Of a DNA stretch of 64,000 nucleotides, positions 12,501 to 23,152 are shown piece by piece. How positions within the stretch are numbered: position 1 is the stretch's first letter; each line of letters starts with the position of its first letter. A program made the translations under genes and the position numbers. Under the pieces are notes generated by a model. The model did not search any database. It saw only the letters and a program-made list of their open reading frames with translations, and was not told where the DNA came from. This DNA is from Pocillopora damicornis (taxonomy: Eukaryota): contig NW_020844403.1 in the NCBI RefSeq assembly GCF_003704095.1, positions 124,001 through 188,000 of the forward strand, given 5' to 3'.

Positions 12501-15500
12501 GCAGACTTCCACGAAAGAATTTCGTTCCAATAGTGTTACTTGTCAAAATTTCAATCGGGCAGTCTCTAATATCAACGGTACAATATGTGTTTTTAATTTA
12601 TGGATTTATGATTCATACTAACCTGGGGCTATCTTCTTCGTGCCGATCGAAAGTGATGTGAATATTATGATTGTCCAAAAAGCAATAGATTGGCTGCATT
12701 ATTTATTCATGGCGTAACTCCAAATAAAAACTAAATATTACGAAATGAAAGTGGAAATACTTAAAACTTGGTCACGTTGCAATTTTGGCTTTCCCTTACG
12801 TCCCAATTTTGCACTAAAGAACACTAAAAGTAATATGTCTAGCGTCTCAGCTGAACAAGCTTTATGCCGCGATAAAAAATTCAAAAATGAATGCTCATAT
12901 TTTCGCTCCATCCCCCGCTCATGTCAGACAATTTTTTTGGAAAATCTTTCGTAAGCGTTTGATGCTCTTCTTGAAAAGGCAAACATGCACGAGTGGTTTG
13001 GATAAAGAAGGCCAATGTTTGAGAAATAAAGAAAAGACAAAAAAAAGCAAAATAATTAAAAACACTCCAAGTCGAAATGAATGCTTCTCCGTATATTTCA
13101 ATTACATTATGACCGTCCTTAGTTTTAGTTTTTTCCTTTTATTCTATGTCTTTTCTTCATTTTTTAAGTTCTTGAGAGTTTCCATGTCCCTCTTTTTTTC
13201 CTACCAAAAAGTCCCTTTTGTTTGGGTTTCCTGTTATTTGAAAGTTAAATCGTCTTTAATGGCTTCAATACCGTGTGTCGATCACGAACGCACTTTCCCC
13301 TTTTTTGCATTTCTAGGCACGCGTGACCAATTTAGCCGCCTGCTTCATGACTCGGGCTTAGTTTCAAGCTCCAGCAGCGATGACACGGTCAATTACTTTT
13401 CTGGAAACATGGAACTGGTTAAGGTAAGGAAGTTGTGTTGGCACAGTTTTTTGATTTATCAATTCCCATCTACGAGAGAAATATCCGTGTGAAAATTAAC
13501 GTTGACGACAACTTGACAGCGACGCGTTTCCGCAATAAAATTTGGCAAGCAATCATAAGTTTTTCTTGTAACTATGAATTTTTCATTATAATATATAACA
13601 TATGTCCTCTTTACGCTAATAGATAGTCACGTATGGAATTTTTACCTTAAATGAGAAGTAGGTCGACTTGATAATAATTTGACCATGTGCAGAAGAAAAC
13701 TGTTTTGATAGCAGATTTGAACCGTTTTTGAGAAATGCCTGAATTTGTCCTCGGAAACATTCCTGTCGCTTTTCTATTCGTTTCTTATTTATTTAAGCTA
13801 GAAATAGTTTGTATCAGATCAAATTGTAAATTTCAAAGCTGGTTACTCATCTAAAAGCAAAATTAGTTGAGGTGGAAAATGTGCTGACTAGTATTCTGAC
13901 TATCTAGCGTTTGTTCGTTAATTACCTCAAAAAGGATATCTTCAATTCATTTTTTTTTTCATTTTTTTTTTCTTGAAACTGACTGCTCTGTGCCACGTTT
14001 GCGGCGAGTGAAGAGGAGCGAAGACGATAAGCGGGCGCTTAAAAACGGTGGGGTGCGGCTGTGCCCTCCGGCAAAAGTTTCGCTTGTCAGTCTGGAAGGA
14101 AGAATTTCCAAATGCTGGTCAAGTTTCCAGAGTGCAAAAAAAAATTTGCAATTTATTCAAGGAAAATAAGAGAAAAAAACCGTCGAATTCTTTACATTTT
14201 GGTATAATTTTCAATCAGTGTAGTTTCATGGAAATTAACTCTCTTGAACCTACTGAAAGTATGTATATCCGCTTAAATTCTTCGTACGTAGGCGATTTTA
14301 TGCGCCGGTTTGTTCCCCAATGCTGTTAAAGTTGGTCTTGCCTTGGAGTCAAAAGGTAGAGGAGGAAAGAGGCGAGTCAGAGTTGGTTTTCGAACCAAGT
14401 AAGTGGAGCCTCCCCTAATCAAGCTAATTTTCAATTACAAATGTTCCTTAAAAAGGTTTTCCTTGTAGAGTTGACATCTCCTCGCCTTTTTTTAAAGCCT
14501 TTTCACAGGCTACATGAAAACATAGGAAAAAAGCCTTTTCCACGCGTTCAGTTAATAAAAAGAAGCGCGATAGTCGCGGAGGACCGAAAAAATCGAGTGA
14601 GGCTGGGTCTGGGGGCGTAATGATGCGACCCAAGCCTCTCTCCTTTTCCCTCTGTAGCTACAAAATTGCACCGTTTACTATTTCGCTATTTTTTTTTCTA
14701 ACTGAACGCCTGGAATAGGCTAATACCGTAGTGAGTGTTTTCAAATTTATCTGGGAAGTCGAATGAGCCTGGTACCCCCAAACTGCGTTTGTGTGGTCTT
14801 CCCCTTACCATTAGCAGAGTAAAACCCAAATTTGGTGGTAATTTTTGTGGTATTTTTTTATTTCTTTGTAGATCTGATGGAAGAGTCGTATTGCATCCTT
14901 CCTCGGTAAATTCTGACGAGAAACAATTTCCTAGCCAGTGGCTTGTGTACCATGACAAAGTAAGGGAAAATTTTGTTGTCTTAACCATGCAACATCTTGT
15001 ACTTGACGTGCTAATAAAAATGACGTCGTGTCGAGTCGCCGTTTCCCGCTTTTGACAGAAGTTGCTACCACAGCGATTTTTTAAAGAGAGTGGAGAAGTA
15101 TACGAATGAAATGTTTAGAAACATTCTGCACATCCTCGTCGGCCTTTGGTTCTCAAATGTTGATTTTTTTCGTAGGTGAAGTCCTCCCAAGTGTTTATCC
15201 GTGACAGTAGTATGGTCCATCCTGTTGCTTTGATCTGTTTCTCTGGAAAGGACGTAAGCGAAATTCATCAAGGTAATATAGTTATTCAATGCTTCATTCA
15301 CATCACTAATAATTCCTCAGTATCATCCACATCTCCAATCTGTTTTTTCTTGATTCAAGGCTACCGACTTCATGCATTTTTTTTTTTAATTAATTGACGG
15401 TGTTGTCAAGTTCACTTCGCTCTCTGATTGGTCCGCTAGTTTTTTGTTGATTAATGGAGCGTTTGCGAAGTTTCAACCATCTAATTTAGAGGAACTTGTA

Positions 15501-15921
15501 CTCTTAAATGATCCATGAGACGTTTGTTGGTAGCGTTATTTGCTATGCGGCATTGTTCTGAATCACCATTAAGGTCACTTTAGCTCTGATTTCACGATGC
15601 TCAAGTGTTGGCCTTGAGACACAGATTTTAGGAAGGATTAAATCCTACTTCGATTGTATTTCAGAGCACGGCCCTTCAGCACAGCAGCCCCGTGTTACAC
15701 TGGTGGTGGATGGGGACCACTGGATGGCGTTTTACTGTACGCCAAGGCTGGCCCGAGTGCTGCAGTCCATTAGACGGGAGATAAACAAGATGATGGCTTG
15801 TAGTCTTTCAGCTGCAGTTACAGATGACGCGCTGTTTTACTACCACGGCAAGTTGATGGAGACTGTGGCCTTGTTGCTTACCCTGCCAGTACAGAAACCT
15901 CTCTCATCTTCCCCTTGGTAG
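546..15921 (+). CDS. DHX30: DEAH-box ATP-dependent RNA helicase, DHX30-like (5'-truncated; 20 exons, 717 aa within window)
   Basis: Exons 546-629, 965-1064, 1215-1374, 1870-2017, 3246-3329, 3712-3789, 4222-4292, 5034-5163, 5926-6049, 6342-6403, 6516-6591, 6765-6814, 7445-7533, 7930-8020, 8294-8444, 13317-13423, 14292-14398, 14872-14959, 15176-15272 and 15665-15921 join in frame (2154 nt). Motifs: [14 protein letters not shown] (Ia), CTTGILLR (Ib), [19 protein letters not shown] (II), MSAT (III), [13 protein letters not shown] (IV), [20 protein letters not shown] (V), [10 protein letters not shown] (VI), HA2 ([22 protein letters not shown]) and OB-fold (HPSSVN). Signatures such as [15 protein letters not shown], ILCFLxGW, KVSCL and RAGRCQ recall DHX30 more than DHX36/57. 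Walker A lies upstream of the window. Confidence 0.88.
1065..1214 (+). other. GC-AG intron in DHX30-like gene
   Basis: Donor AAG|gcaagt and acceptor tttgacag|. This junction is needed to join [14 protein letters not shown] in frame. Confidence 0.85.
3855..4052. mobile_element. Interspersed MITE-like repeat (family A, copy 1)
   Basis: The core tacatttcctaaggtgctgacaaggagaatttgtttaacaatcaagagcttc...gatcatttcctttattctc recurs at 7769-7900 and, more diverged, at ~22930-23152. Ends resemble ttaaccc...gggttaa. Confidence 0.7.
5370..5538. mobile_element. Short MITE with terminal inverted repeats
   Basis: tagcctgttccagg at the left end and cctggaacaggc at the right end are reverse complements. The ~170-bp interior is non-coding and intronic. 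Confidence 0.65.
6836..7115. repeat. Intronic interspersed repeat with internal inverted segments
   Basis: tgcaatttggtg (~6857) pairs with caccaaattgca (~6929). There is a tandem ttgcac(t/c)tgtgttaca duplication and a cagccaatcag-cgcgcg end also seen at ~56118. Confidence 0.5.
7534..7929 (+). other. Second GC-AG intron in DHX30-like gene
   Basis: Donor CAG|gcgagt (phase 2) and acceptor cgtag|G restore the conserved [15 protein letters not shown]. Nearby GT donors at 7538 and 7541 are phase 0 and incompatible with the acceptor. Confidence 0.8.
7769..7900. mobile_element. MITE-like repeat family A, copy 2 (partial)
   Basis: taacccttgacaccct...tacatttcctaaggttctggaaaggagaatctctttaacagtcgagagcctctttagttgacgatcatttcccttattctc aligns by eye with 3855-3990. 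Confidence 0.7.
10119..11207 (-). CDS. Class A (rhodopsin-like) GPCR, intronless CDS, adenosine/melanocortin-receptor-like cnidarian type; nested in DHX30-like intron 8445-13316
   Basis: 362 aa from the first ATG at 11207 (MQNATMSS; the ORF-track start at 11312 is TTG). Seven hydrophobic segments carry GN (TM1), LALSD (TM2), SVERLLAI (E/DRY position), W (TM4), CYIPF (TM6) and NSSLNPFVY (NPxxY), followed by helix 8. ECL2 is very short. N-glycosylation sequon NAT is present. A minus-strand AATAAA lies at 9724-9729. Confidence 0.93.
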   Translation of the reverse strand: MQNATMSSPSVEAQTIKIQCYHLEEEWSHTRETFITNVILILVNLLTSVTSTAGNILVIMAVKRTRSLRTPSNTLLCSLALSDLLVGAIVQPMYALQMIFEIRRNSDGFCIAKITTTGSLAWVCAGVSFLVISAISVERLLAIKLHLRYKALVTIPRVLTVVMFFWVLCTALIMARLLGAPYNILVLTIFVMDVNSIAIVIFAYSSIYHQVRKLQNKTRDQRHLAPPGINIHSFKRSAVTMLYVIVLFLACYIPFITTLVVRLLEGGSLWLNIIYKITASIVYINSSLNPFVYCFRSKEVRTAIFKLLGRKYTLDKNGDVIPVSKYGTQNLKTYAVKNLTIFPSGYFQHSLNQLSNLPETQV

Positions 15922-16585
15922 CAATGACTTTTGTGAATGCTGAGGTCACGGTGATACCGTCAGTAGTGCTCCAAAGAACTCGAGACGTTTGATAGTGCAG
16001 CTCAAGCATAGTTATTTTCAAATCGCCAGACGAGTAACACTGAGCTGCGCAAACCGGCACTTTAACGATAGAACCAGAAACATCGTCATACAATCTCTGT
16101 AAGGGTATGATTCCATTGACCCCGACAATTAATCTCGTAAGATTTTCTCAGAATGGAAAGTACACGTAGTGTTATACATCAGTATGGAAACTTATCATCT
16201 TATTTTTTGGTATTTTGTAGAATCAGATCTTTATTTCCTTTATCCAATGAAGATTAGATTAGAAGTATAATCCTTGGGCCGATGAATTGGGGTTTAAGAA
16301 GCTCTTTTGAGTTTGCCAAACTTAAAATACCTTGAATATATCTCTGGCTTTTTTTGTTGTTCCCAATAAAAACAACAGGTTAGAAAAAGAGCCATAAATA
16401 TCAGAGTTACTTCGTGAGAGTTTCGTCACCAGTCCATAGTCCCTTTGCATTCGGTTTACCAAGCTATCCTAATTCCTGCCTGGTTCATTTTTGCCGTTTT
16501 ATAAATTTCACTCTTAATCAATAAAAGGTGCCTCTTCACACGAGTTCACTGCCTCCGGTGATGTCCTAAATCAATCCTGTGGGAT

Positions 16586-16988
16586 NNNNNNNNNNNNNNN
16601 NNNNNNNNNNNNNNNNNNNNNNNNNNNNNNNNNNNNNNNNNNNNNNNNNNNNNNNNNNNNNNNNNNNNNNNNNNNNNNNNNNNNNNNNNNNNNNNNNNNN
16701 NNNNNNNNNNNNNNNNNNNNNNNNNNNNNNNNNNNNNNNNNNNNNNNNNNNNNNNNNNNNNNNNNNNNNNNNNNNNNNNNNNNNNNNNNNNNNNNNNNNN
16801 NNNNNNNNNNNNNNNNNNNNNNNNNNNNNNNNNNNNNNNNNNNNNNNNNNNNNNNNNNNNNNNNNNNNNNNNNNNNNNNNNNNNNNNNNNNNNNNNNNNN
16901 NNNNNNNNNNNNNNNNNNNNNNNNNNNNNNNNNNNNNNNNNNNNNNNNNNNNNNNNNNNNNNNNNNNNNNNNNNNNNNNNNNNNNNNN
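16586..16988. other. Assembly gap (N run)
   Basis: Run of N. Confidence 1.
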
Positions 16989-17588
16989 GTTTGTTTTTTG
17001 TCAAAACAAAAATCTCGGCGTTTCTAGAAGGATTGGTTAGTGACTTATGCAGCGGGAAGATAGAATCGCAAAACTTACGTCTTCTCAGCCGCGTGACATG
17101 TTACAGCCTCCGCATGGGGAGGACCATTGCGTGACAGACTAGCCATAGACACAAGATGCGATTTAAAGCCTGTTCAGATAGAGAAATCTAATAAAAGCCC
17201 GAGAGGGGTCAAATGACTTCAAGTGTCGTTTCCTAGTACTTTTTGACACTCCCTTACGGACCCTTATTCTAATCGAAATTTTGTTTTCCTTGGCCAATAT
17301 CCAAAACTCAAGCTGTGTTCGATTACCGATGGTTGGTTAGAATTTCTGTAATTTTTTCACGCAAACATCTGCTCAAACGTAAAAATTGCGTGATCACATA
17401 CATTAATTGCGGCTAAAGTTAATCCGTCCTTATATGACCAAAAGTTATATACACAAGCATATTTTCACTAAGTCTGTACTTGGTTACTTATGCATAATGA
17501 TTTTAGGTTAATTTGATTGACAAAAGGTCCAAGTGAGAGGTAAATAATATAAAACACATACCGGAAGAGCAGATAACCGTAACACCTC

Positions 17589-17601
17589 GTTGCGTAGCAA
17601 C
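17589..17601. promoter_or_regulatory. RFX X-box-like motif upstream of the DCLK gene
   Basis: GTTGCGTAGCAAC is an imperfect palindrome matching the X-box consensus GTNRC(N0-3)RGYAAC, ~455 bp upstream of the ATG. A second X-box-like GTTGTCTATGGCAGC is at 17766-17780. Confidence 0.55.
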
Positions 17602-18054
17602 TTGAAACAACACCACACGCGTGCAGTTAATGAATGCACGCTTGTGATGTCAAAATGTGAAGAGTAAACGTTCGGATTTTAACGTATCTGGCGATAGGTT
17701 AGCACCTCGCTCCGAACAGGTTTCGCTTGGCTTTGAGTTTCACATCCTTTCAGTGTAACTTCGTAGTTGTCTATGGCAGCATTGGAATCTCGAAAGTGTG
17801 GGTTTTTCTTTGAACGAACCCAGTCTCAAATAGCTTAAACAACTGTTCGTTCGCTCTTCCGGCGAATTGACATAGTGTAATTCTCTTAGTGCCGGGAAAA
17901 AGATTTCCTATCTCGTCGATTCGTCGCGATGTTACAGTCATCGATAAGGATTTATATCAAAGCGGAAGAGCGGTGAAGTTTTCTTCGACACTAAGAAACA
18001 ACAAAAGAAGTCTGTTTTGAGCGAAACAGAGACAGTAAGCGAAACCGATCAAAG

Positions 18055-21000
18055 ATGGCGGCCACGAAGATAAATTTTGCCGTACGATCTGATCACGAAG
18101 TTAGTCAAACATCAAAGAAAGTTACTTTCTTTATCAACGGGGATCGTAACTTTAAGGGCCAAGTCATGGTAATTACTCCAAGGCGATTTCGAAACGTGGA
18201 CATGCTTTTGAATGAGTTGTGTCGTCTGACGCACTTCAAAGACTTACCCCTGGGAGTCCGGTATCTATTTTCCCTTGAGAGTGGCATCAGGGTTGACACA
18301 TTGGATCAGTTAATTGACGGGAAAGCTTACGTATGCTCTTCACACTCAAGCCTAAAGAAGATTTCATACGGAGGAAAGCCTGCCATCACCATCTGGAGCT
18401 CAAAACAACACATCGATCTTCCTGATATCCAAGGTATGCATCACAGCGAGCCAAAACGCCGGCCTGTCGGTGTTACGCCGGTAAGAGGTGGTGTCTCTTC
18501 GAGGAGACGGGGTTACTCCGACCCAAGATCAAATCCAGGAGACAACAATCGGTTGATCATCAAACCTAAAACAGTTCAGGTGATTAGAAATGGGTCGCAG
18601 AAACCCCGTCCGGTAGTAACAGTTCTGTTAAACAAAAGAACAGCGCAGAATTTAGAGCAAGTTTTGGACGAAGTAAGCAATTCGTTTGGAAACACTGGTG
18701 GTCTTAGCCCACCGCGGAAACTGTACTCAACATCGGGTCACCAGATTCGCGATGTGGTTGAGTTATTTCGGGACGAAAACAATATATTTATAGCCGTTGG
18801 AAGCGAGAAATTTAGCCGTGACGACATCACGGATATCATAGAGGATTTTGAGCAGAGGAACTCGAAAAAAGAAAATGCGAAACGAAAACAGTCGAGAAGT
18901 GGTAACGATGGAATGTCACAATCAAAACAAAGAAATACCAAAGAACACGAGCAGCTGGTCGGTAAATCTGTTCACAAAGCCGAGGAAAACAAGCTGCCTA
19001 GGCTTCCAGACATACATGAAAAGGTCGATAATAAACAAAGGCCGGAGAACAATAACAGAACACACTTGCAAGGAAACTCAAACCCGAAACGCGTTCATCG
19101 TGCTAAAAATGTGCATGAAAGAACTGCGGAGAAAAAGCCTGCAAACTCTGTAAAGTTGCCCCAAATCGGGAACGCTAATTTAGTTTCAAATTCGGAAAAG
19201 GAGAATGTAGAAAACCGAGACGTTTCTCGAGCGAACAACGAAGAAAATGACCGAGTTAACGAATCGAATAAGCCATATAACGTACGCGGAGAAGACGCGA
19301 CTAAACCCAGTAGAAAAGTGTCCGTAAGTAGAAAACGTGAAAACGATAAAGTTGACAGAAAAACCTCAAAGGATGACAGTGGAATAACATCAGAAGAGGA
19401 GGCAAAATATGGTACTGTTACAGACAAAACTGTAGAAGATGTCTACGACATGGGCAAGAAAATCGGAGACGGAAATTTTGCTGATGTTCGTGTTTGCAGC
19501 GATAAGATAACCAAGAAAGAATTTGCGTTAAAAATCGTCGACAAGGCAAAAATAAGAGGGAAAGAACAAATGATTCGGGACGAAATAGACATCATGAGAA
19601 GATGTAAGCACCCGAATATTGTACGAATGTACGAAGATTACGACTCAATCAGGCATATTTATCTTGTTATGGAGTTAATCAAGGGAGGTGATCTCTTCGA
19701 TGCAATTTCATCGTCGGTCAAGTTTACCGAAACTGTCACCAAAAATTACGTCAAAGACATCGCAAGGGCACTAGCTTATTTACACAAGAGAAAGATTGTG
19801 CACAGAGACTTGAAGCCTGAAAATTTGCTGGTTAGTAATAAAGCAATTATTGTTAATTCACGCTGAGCTACGGACTGTGAAAATACAACCGTGGACTAAT
19901 TTTTACTAATGTCAATGCTAAATTGTTGGAGAGTCAAACATTTAGCGCCTAATGTTGCTATTGTGTTTCGAATACAAAGGCAGGAAAATTCATCGCCGCT
20001 ATGTTTTGAAATCAAACAATAGTGACGCCTTGGTTATATTAAAAAACCCCGACTTTGTTTGAACAAACTTTAACAGCTTAAAAGTGTAGTGAGAGAAACC
20101 ATGGCAACTTCATGCCTCCTGCGATACCGCTTAATTGTGGCCAAAATGCTCCGAATTTAACCGTTAATTTTAGTCATTTTGATTGTCATGCACTATTTCA
20201 TTCACGTAGAATTATCTTTCAAGCGTGTCTCAATTTCTTTTCCCGGCGGAAATTACGGAACAATTTTTTAGTTAAAGAACAACGGAGCCTCATGACCCTC
20301 TCGTGAAGCAGGGTCTCCGGTCGTAAATGTTTACAAGGGAAGATCAGCAATTTCCATTCATGCGTCATTTCTTCATGTGTGCCCGGGTGTGTATTTTGCC
20401 AGACTTCGCGTAGTTTTCCTCCGCGTAAAAGATCAATGGTTGGGTAAATGAGCACCTGCTAAACTTAACTTACAACTGTGACTTTGATTATCTGGCATGA
20501 GTGACTTAGACTAACACGTACTCGCGAGAATTCTCGCGCGAGAGCCTTGGTACGTGTTCTAACATACACACTTCTTTCAGTGTTATTTGCTTTTCTTCCT
20601 CGTTCTCGTTTTGGCTTTCTTAGCACGACTCACAGGGAATGTTGCACGAAACATTTTTTCCAGAATTACACAGTATTTATTGATGAAGGTATTAGGGTTC
20701 CTTTCTGTCGTTTATTCTGAAAATATGTTAGCATGGAGACCGACGGAATGCCTTATCTTTCTCTTATGCAAAAATGTTTCTCAACCGGTTCTTTTGTTTT
20801 TACCCATTGTTGCTCGGTAGGAGTTTATAAGCAAAAAGAATGTGAAAACACGCGCAACTTGATTTAAAGTTTCTTATAGTTATTCTTACGTGCAAATTGT
20901 ATTTTGTTTTGGGAATGGTGGTTTATTTCTCCTTTTTTTTTTTAAAGCATGTTTATCTTTCGGAAATATTTTCCCCCTCAATAAGTGAAAACTTCATAGT

Positions 21001-21776
21001 ATTGTTGAAGACAGGATAAGAAAAGCAGTGATGTTTTCCATTAGTCATGGAAAGGAATAGACACCTTCGCAGACGTTCTTTGGGATGTTGCGCAACGCTA
21101 CCCTTCTTGGGAGAACATTGCGTGACATCTTAAAAGAGACTACAATAGAGTAGGGTGGAAATGGGGGGAAAAGAAATCTCTTGGAAGTGATATCTCCTAA
21201 CATGTAATCTTAACCTTGTCTTAGGTCCACAAAAAGCCCAGTGGTCAAGTAATTCTTAAGCTGGCTGATTTCGGGTTAGCAATGGTCGTCAAAGCACCGA
21301 TCTTCACAGTTTGTGGCACTCCCACATATGTAGCACCCGAAATCCTTGAAGAGACTGGATACGGGCTCAAGGTAGACATGTGGGCCGCGGGTGTCATCAC
21401 CTACATCATGCTCTGTGGGTTCCCGCCATTCCGCAGCGCCAAGAAAGACCAGGATGAACTATTCGATCTGATCATGGATGGGGACTACGAATTCCTCTCA
21501 CCCTACTGGGATAACGTCTCCAGCGAAGCTAAAGACTTGATTTCCAAGCTCCTTGTCGTGAATCATAACAAGCGTTACAGCGCTGAGGAAGTGTTAGCTC
21601 ACCAATGGGTGGGAGGCCCTGCGGACGTCTCTCTAAGTAGGGAGTATCTTGGTCAGAATCCCGCCGCTAAGAAGAAGTTTAAAGCTGCTGCATTGGCCGT
21701 CCAAGGAATGAAGAGATTTGAGAACTTGGCGGAGCAGTTCCAGCGTCAACGAGGGGAAAAGATTATCATCACGTGA
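18055..21776 (+). CDS. DCLK3: Doublecortin-like Ser/Thr kinase (2 DCX domains + DCLK3-type CAMK-group kinase), 2 exons, 775 aa
   Basis: Exons 18055-19830 (donor CTG|gttagt) and 21225-21776 (acceptor tcttag|) join in frame. DCX1: [15 protein letters not shown]...[14 protein letters not shown]...[11 protein letters not shown]2: [11 protein letters not shown]...[17 protein letters not shown]...RKLYSTSG...FIAVGSEKF. Kinase: [55 protein letters not shown]. The symbol is by motif resemblance; orthology has not been tested. Confidence 0.88.
21068..21142. repeat. Short palindromic MITE-like repeat in DCLK intron
   Basis: gatgttgcgcaacg...cattgcgtgacatc forms an imperfect inverted repeat. A related ttgcgtgaca-containing fragment occurs at ~17090-17140. 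Confidence 0.4.
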
Positions 21777-22929
21777 TAAGTTGGAATCTAATTTGCTACT
21801 GTCTGGTCAATTCATTCTCAGCACTAGTTGGCAGAAAAGGTATAGGAGACGAGGTAGACCCTAGTGGCATTAAATATGACGCACAGAAACATAGTAAACT
21901 TTTGAAATGAAAACAAACACACAAACAAAACTCAACTTGATCATTCATAGCTTGCGCACAAGATCAACTTTTTCCCGCAATCTCCTCGTGCAACTTTGTC
22001 TTAGTCCGTTGGAGAATTGAGCAGTTTATTTTTAGAACATTTAAGAGTCTAGCCATGTGGCGGGCTACTTGAAGCATTCGAATTAAGTTATTTCATCCAA
22101 CGATTTATAATCCGATTTGTTATAGTCTTTGCATTGTTCTTGGGAACTTCTTACTTCGTTCTTACCCAGGAAATTGTTCGTTTGTAGTTACCGTTAGCGA
22201 AACGATTGTTTCTATTTTGACATCGCAAACCAAATCTCAGTTTGATATGACCGAGGCATGGTTAGTTAATTGTTAGATATTGAAGCAAAGTAAAGAAAAT
22301 TACATACTTATCAATCGTACAATCCATAGATGATAGTTAATCGATAATCAATTCTCGATCTTTATAACTAACGTATTCATAATTATTTCATACTAGTGCA
22401 TTATAAATAGCATTTAAACGTTTATAATTCTTTTCGTATAGAAAATGTCGAGCAAATATTTTCAATAACTTAGCAAAATGATCTCGCAAATAGTAATTAT
22501 TTGAAATGTGTGAGTGATCATCTTACAATATTATCGATTAATTACTCCAAGATATCTGATATGGTTTTCTGTGTTCCTATCCTTCTCTGAATGAACTCGT
22601 TCTGTCTTTTGTAAGACTTGTTACTCACCGTCAAATTTTGCATCTTTATTGGAAACAACATTTTTTTCAGAAACTTTCATAAATTAGCAAAAGAATTTTA
22701 AAGAAAATTTGAAATTACTATTTGAATACCCTGATTTTTGGAATTTAAATTATAAGCATATCAGAATTTTAAAGCTCATGAAAGTGTATCCTCTATTGTA
22801 CGAACAGAACTTAAGGATGTATAGTTGTTGGGGCATGATCAATGATGCAAATGTGGGTGATAGTTGTGCAAATTAAAATTGATTGATCATTTACATTTGG
22901 AGCAAGTTGACTCTCGTGTGGCTCAAATG

Positions 22930-23152
22930 CTTAACCTCCCCCCCCCTCCCCCGCTTGAAAGATCAGCATGTACATTCTCCATAGTAGTCTTTATACTTTT
23001 CCTATGGCATTTACAAATATAGTATGGTTAAAAGTCAAGAAATTGCAAGGTTTTGCGATCATCTCTCTAATTCTCACGAGCCCAACATTTCATTCAGCGA
23101 TAATACCTTAGTGAGAAATCATGTGTTGGTCAGCCTCAGGGGTTAAAGGGAT
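22930..23152. mobile_element. MITE-like repeat family A, copy 3 (diverged)
   Basis: Begins ttaacct and ends caggggttaaaggga. The interior atcagcatgtacattctccata...tatacttttcctatgg...gatcatctctctaattctcacga aligns with the copies at 3855 and 7769. Confidence 0.55.

Noticed and set aside
12887-13316. Hydrophobic 201-aa ORF as a membrane protein
   Set aside because: The 5' part is T-rich intron sequence; only 13317-13423 is a true helicase exon.
16546-17040. 152/153-aa ORFs spanning the N run (also 52590-52805)
   Set aside because: Artefacts of translating assembly gaps.
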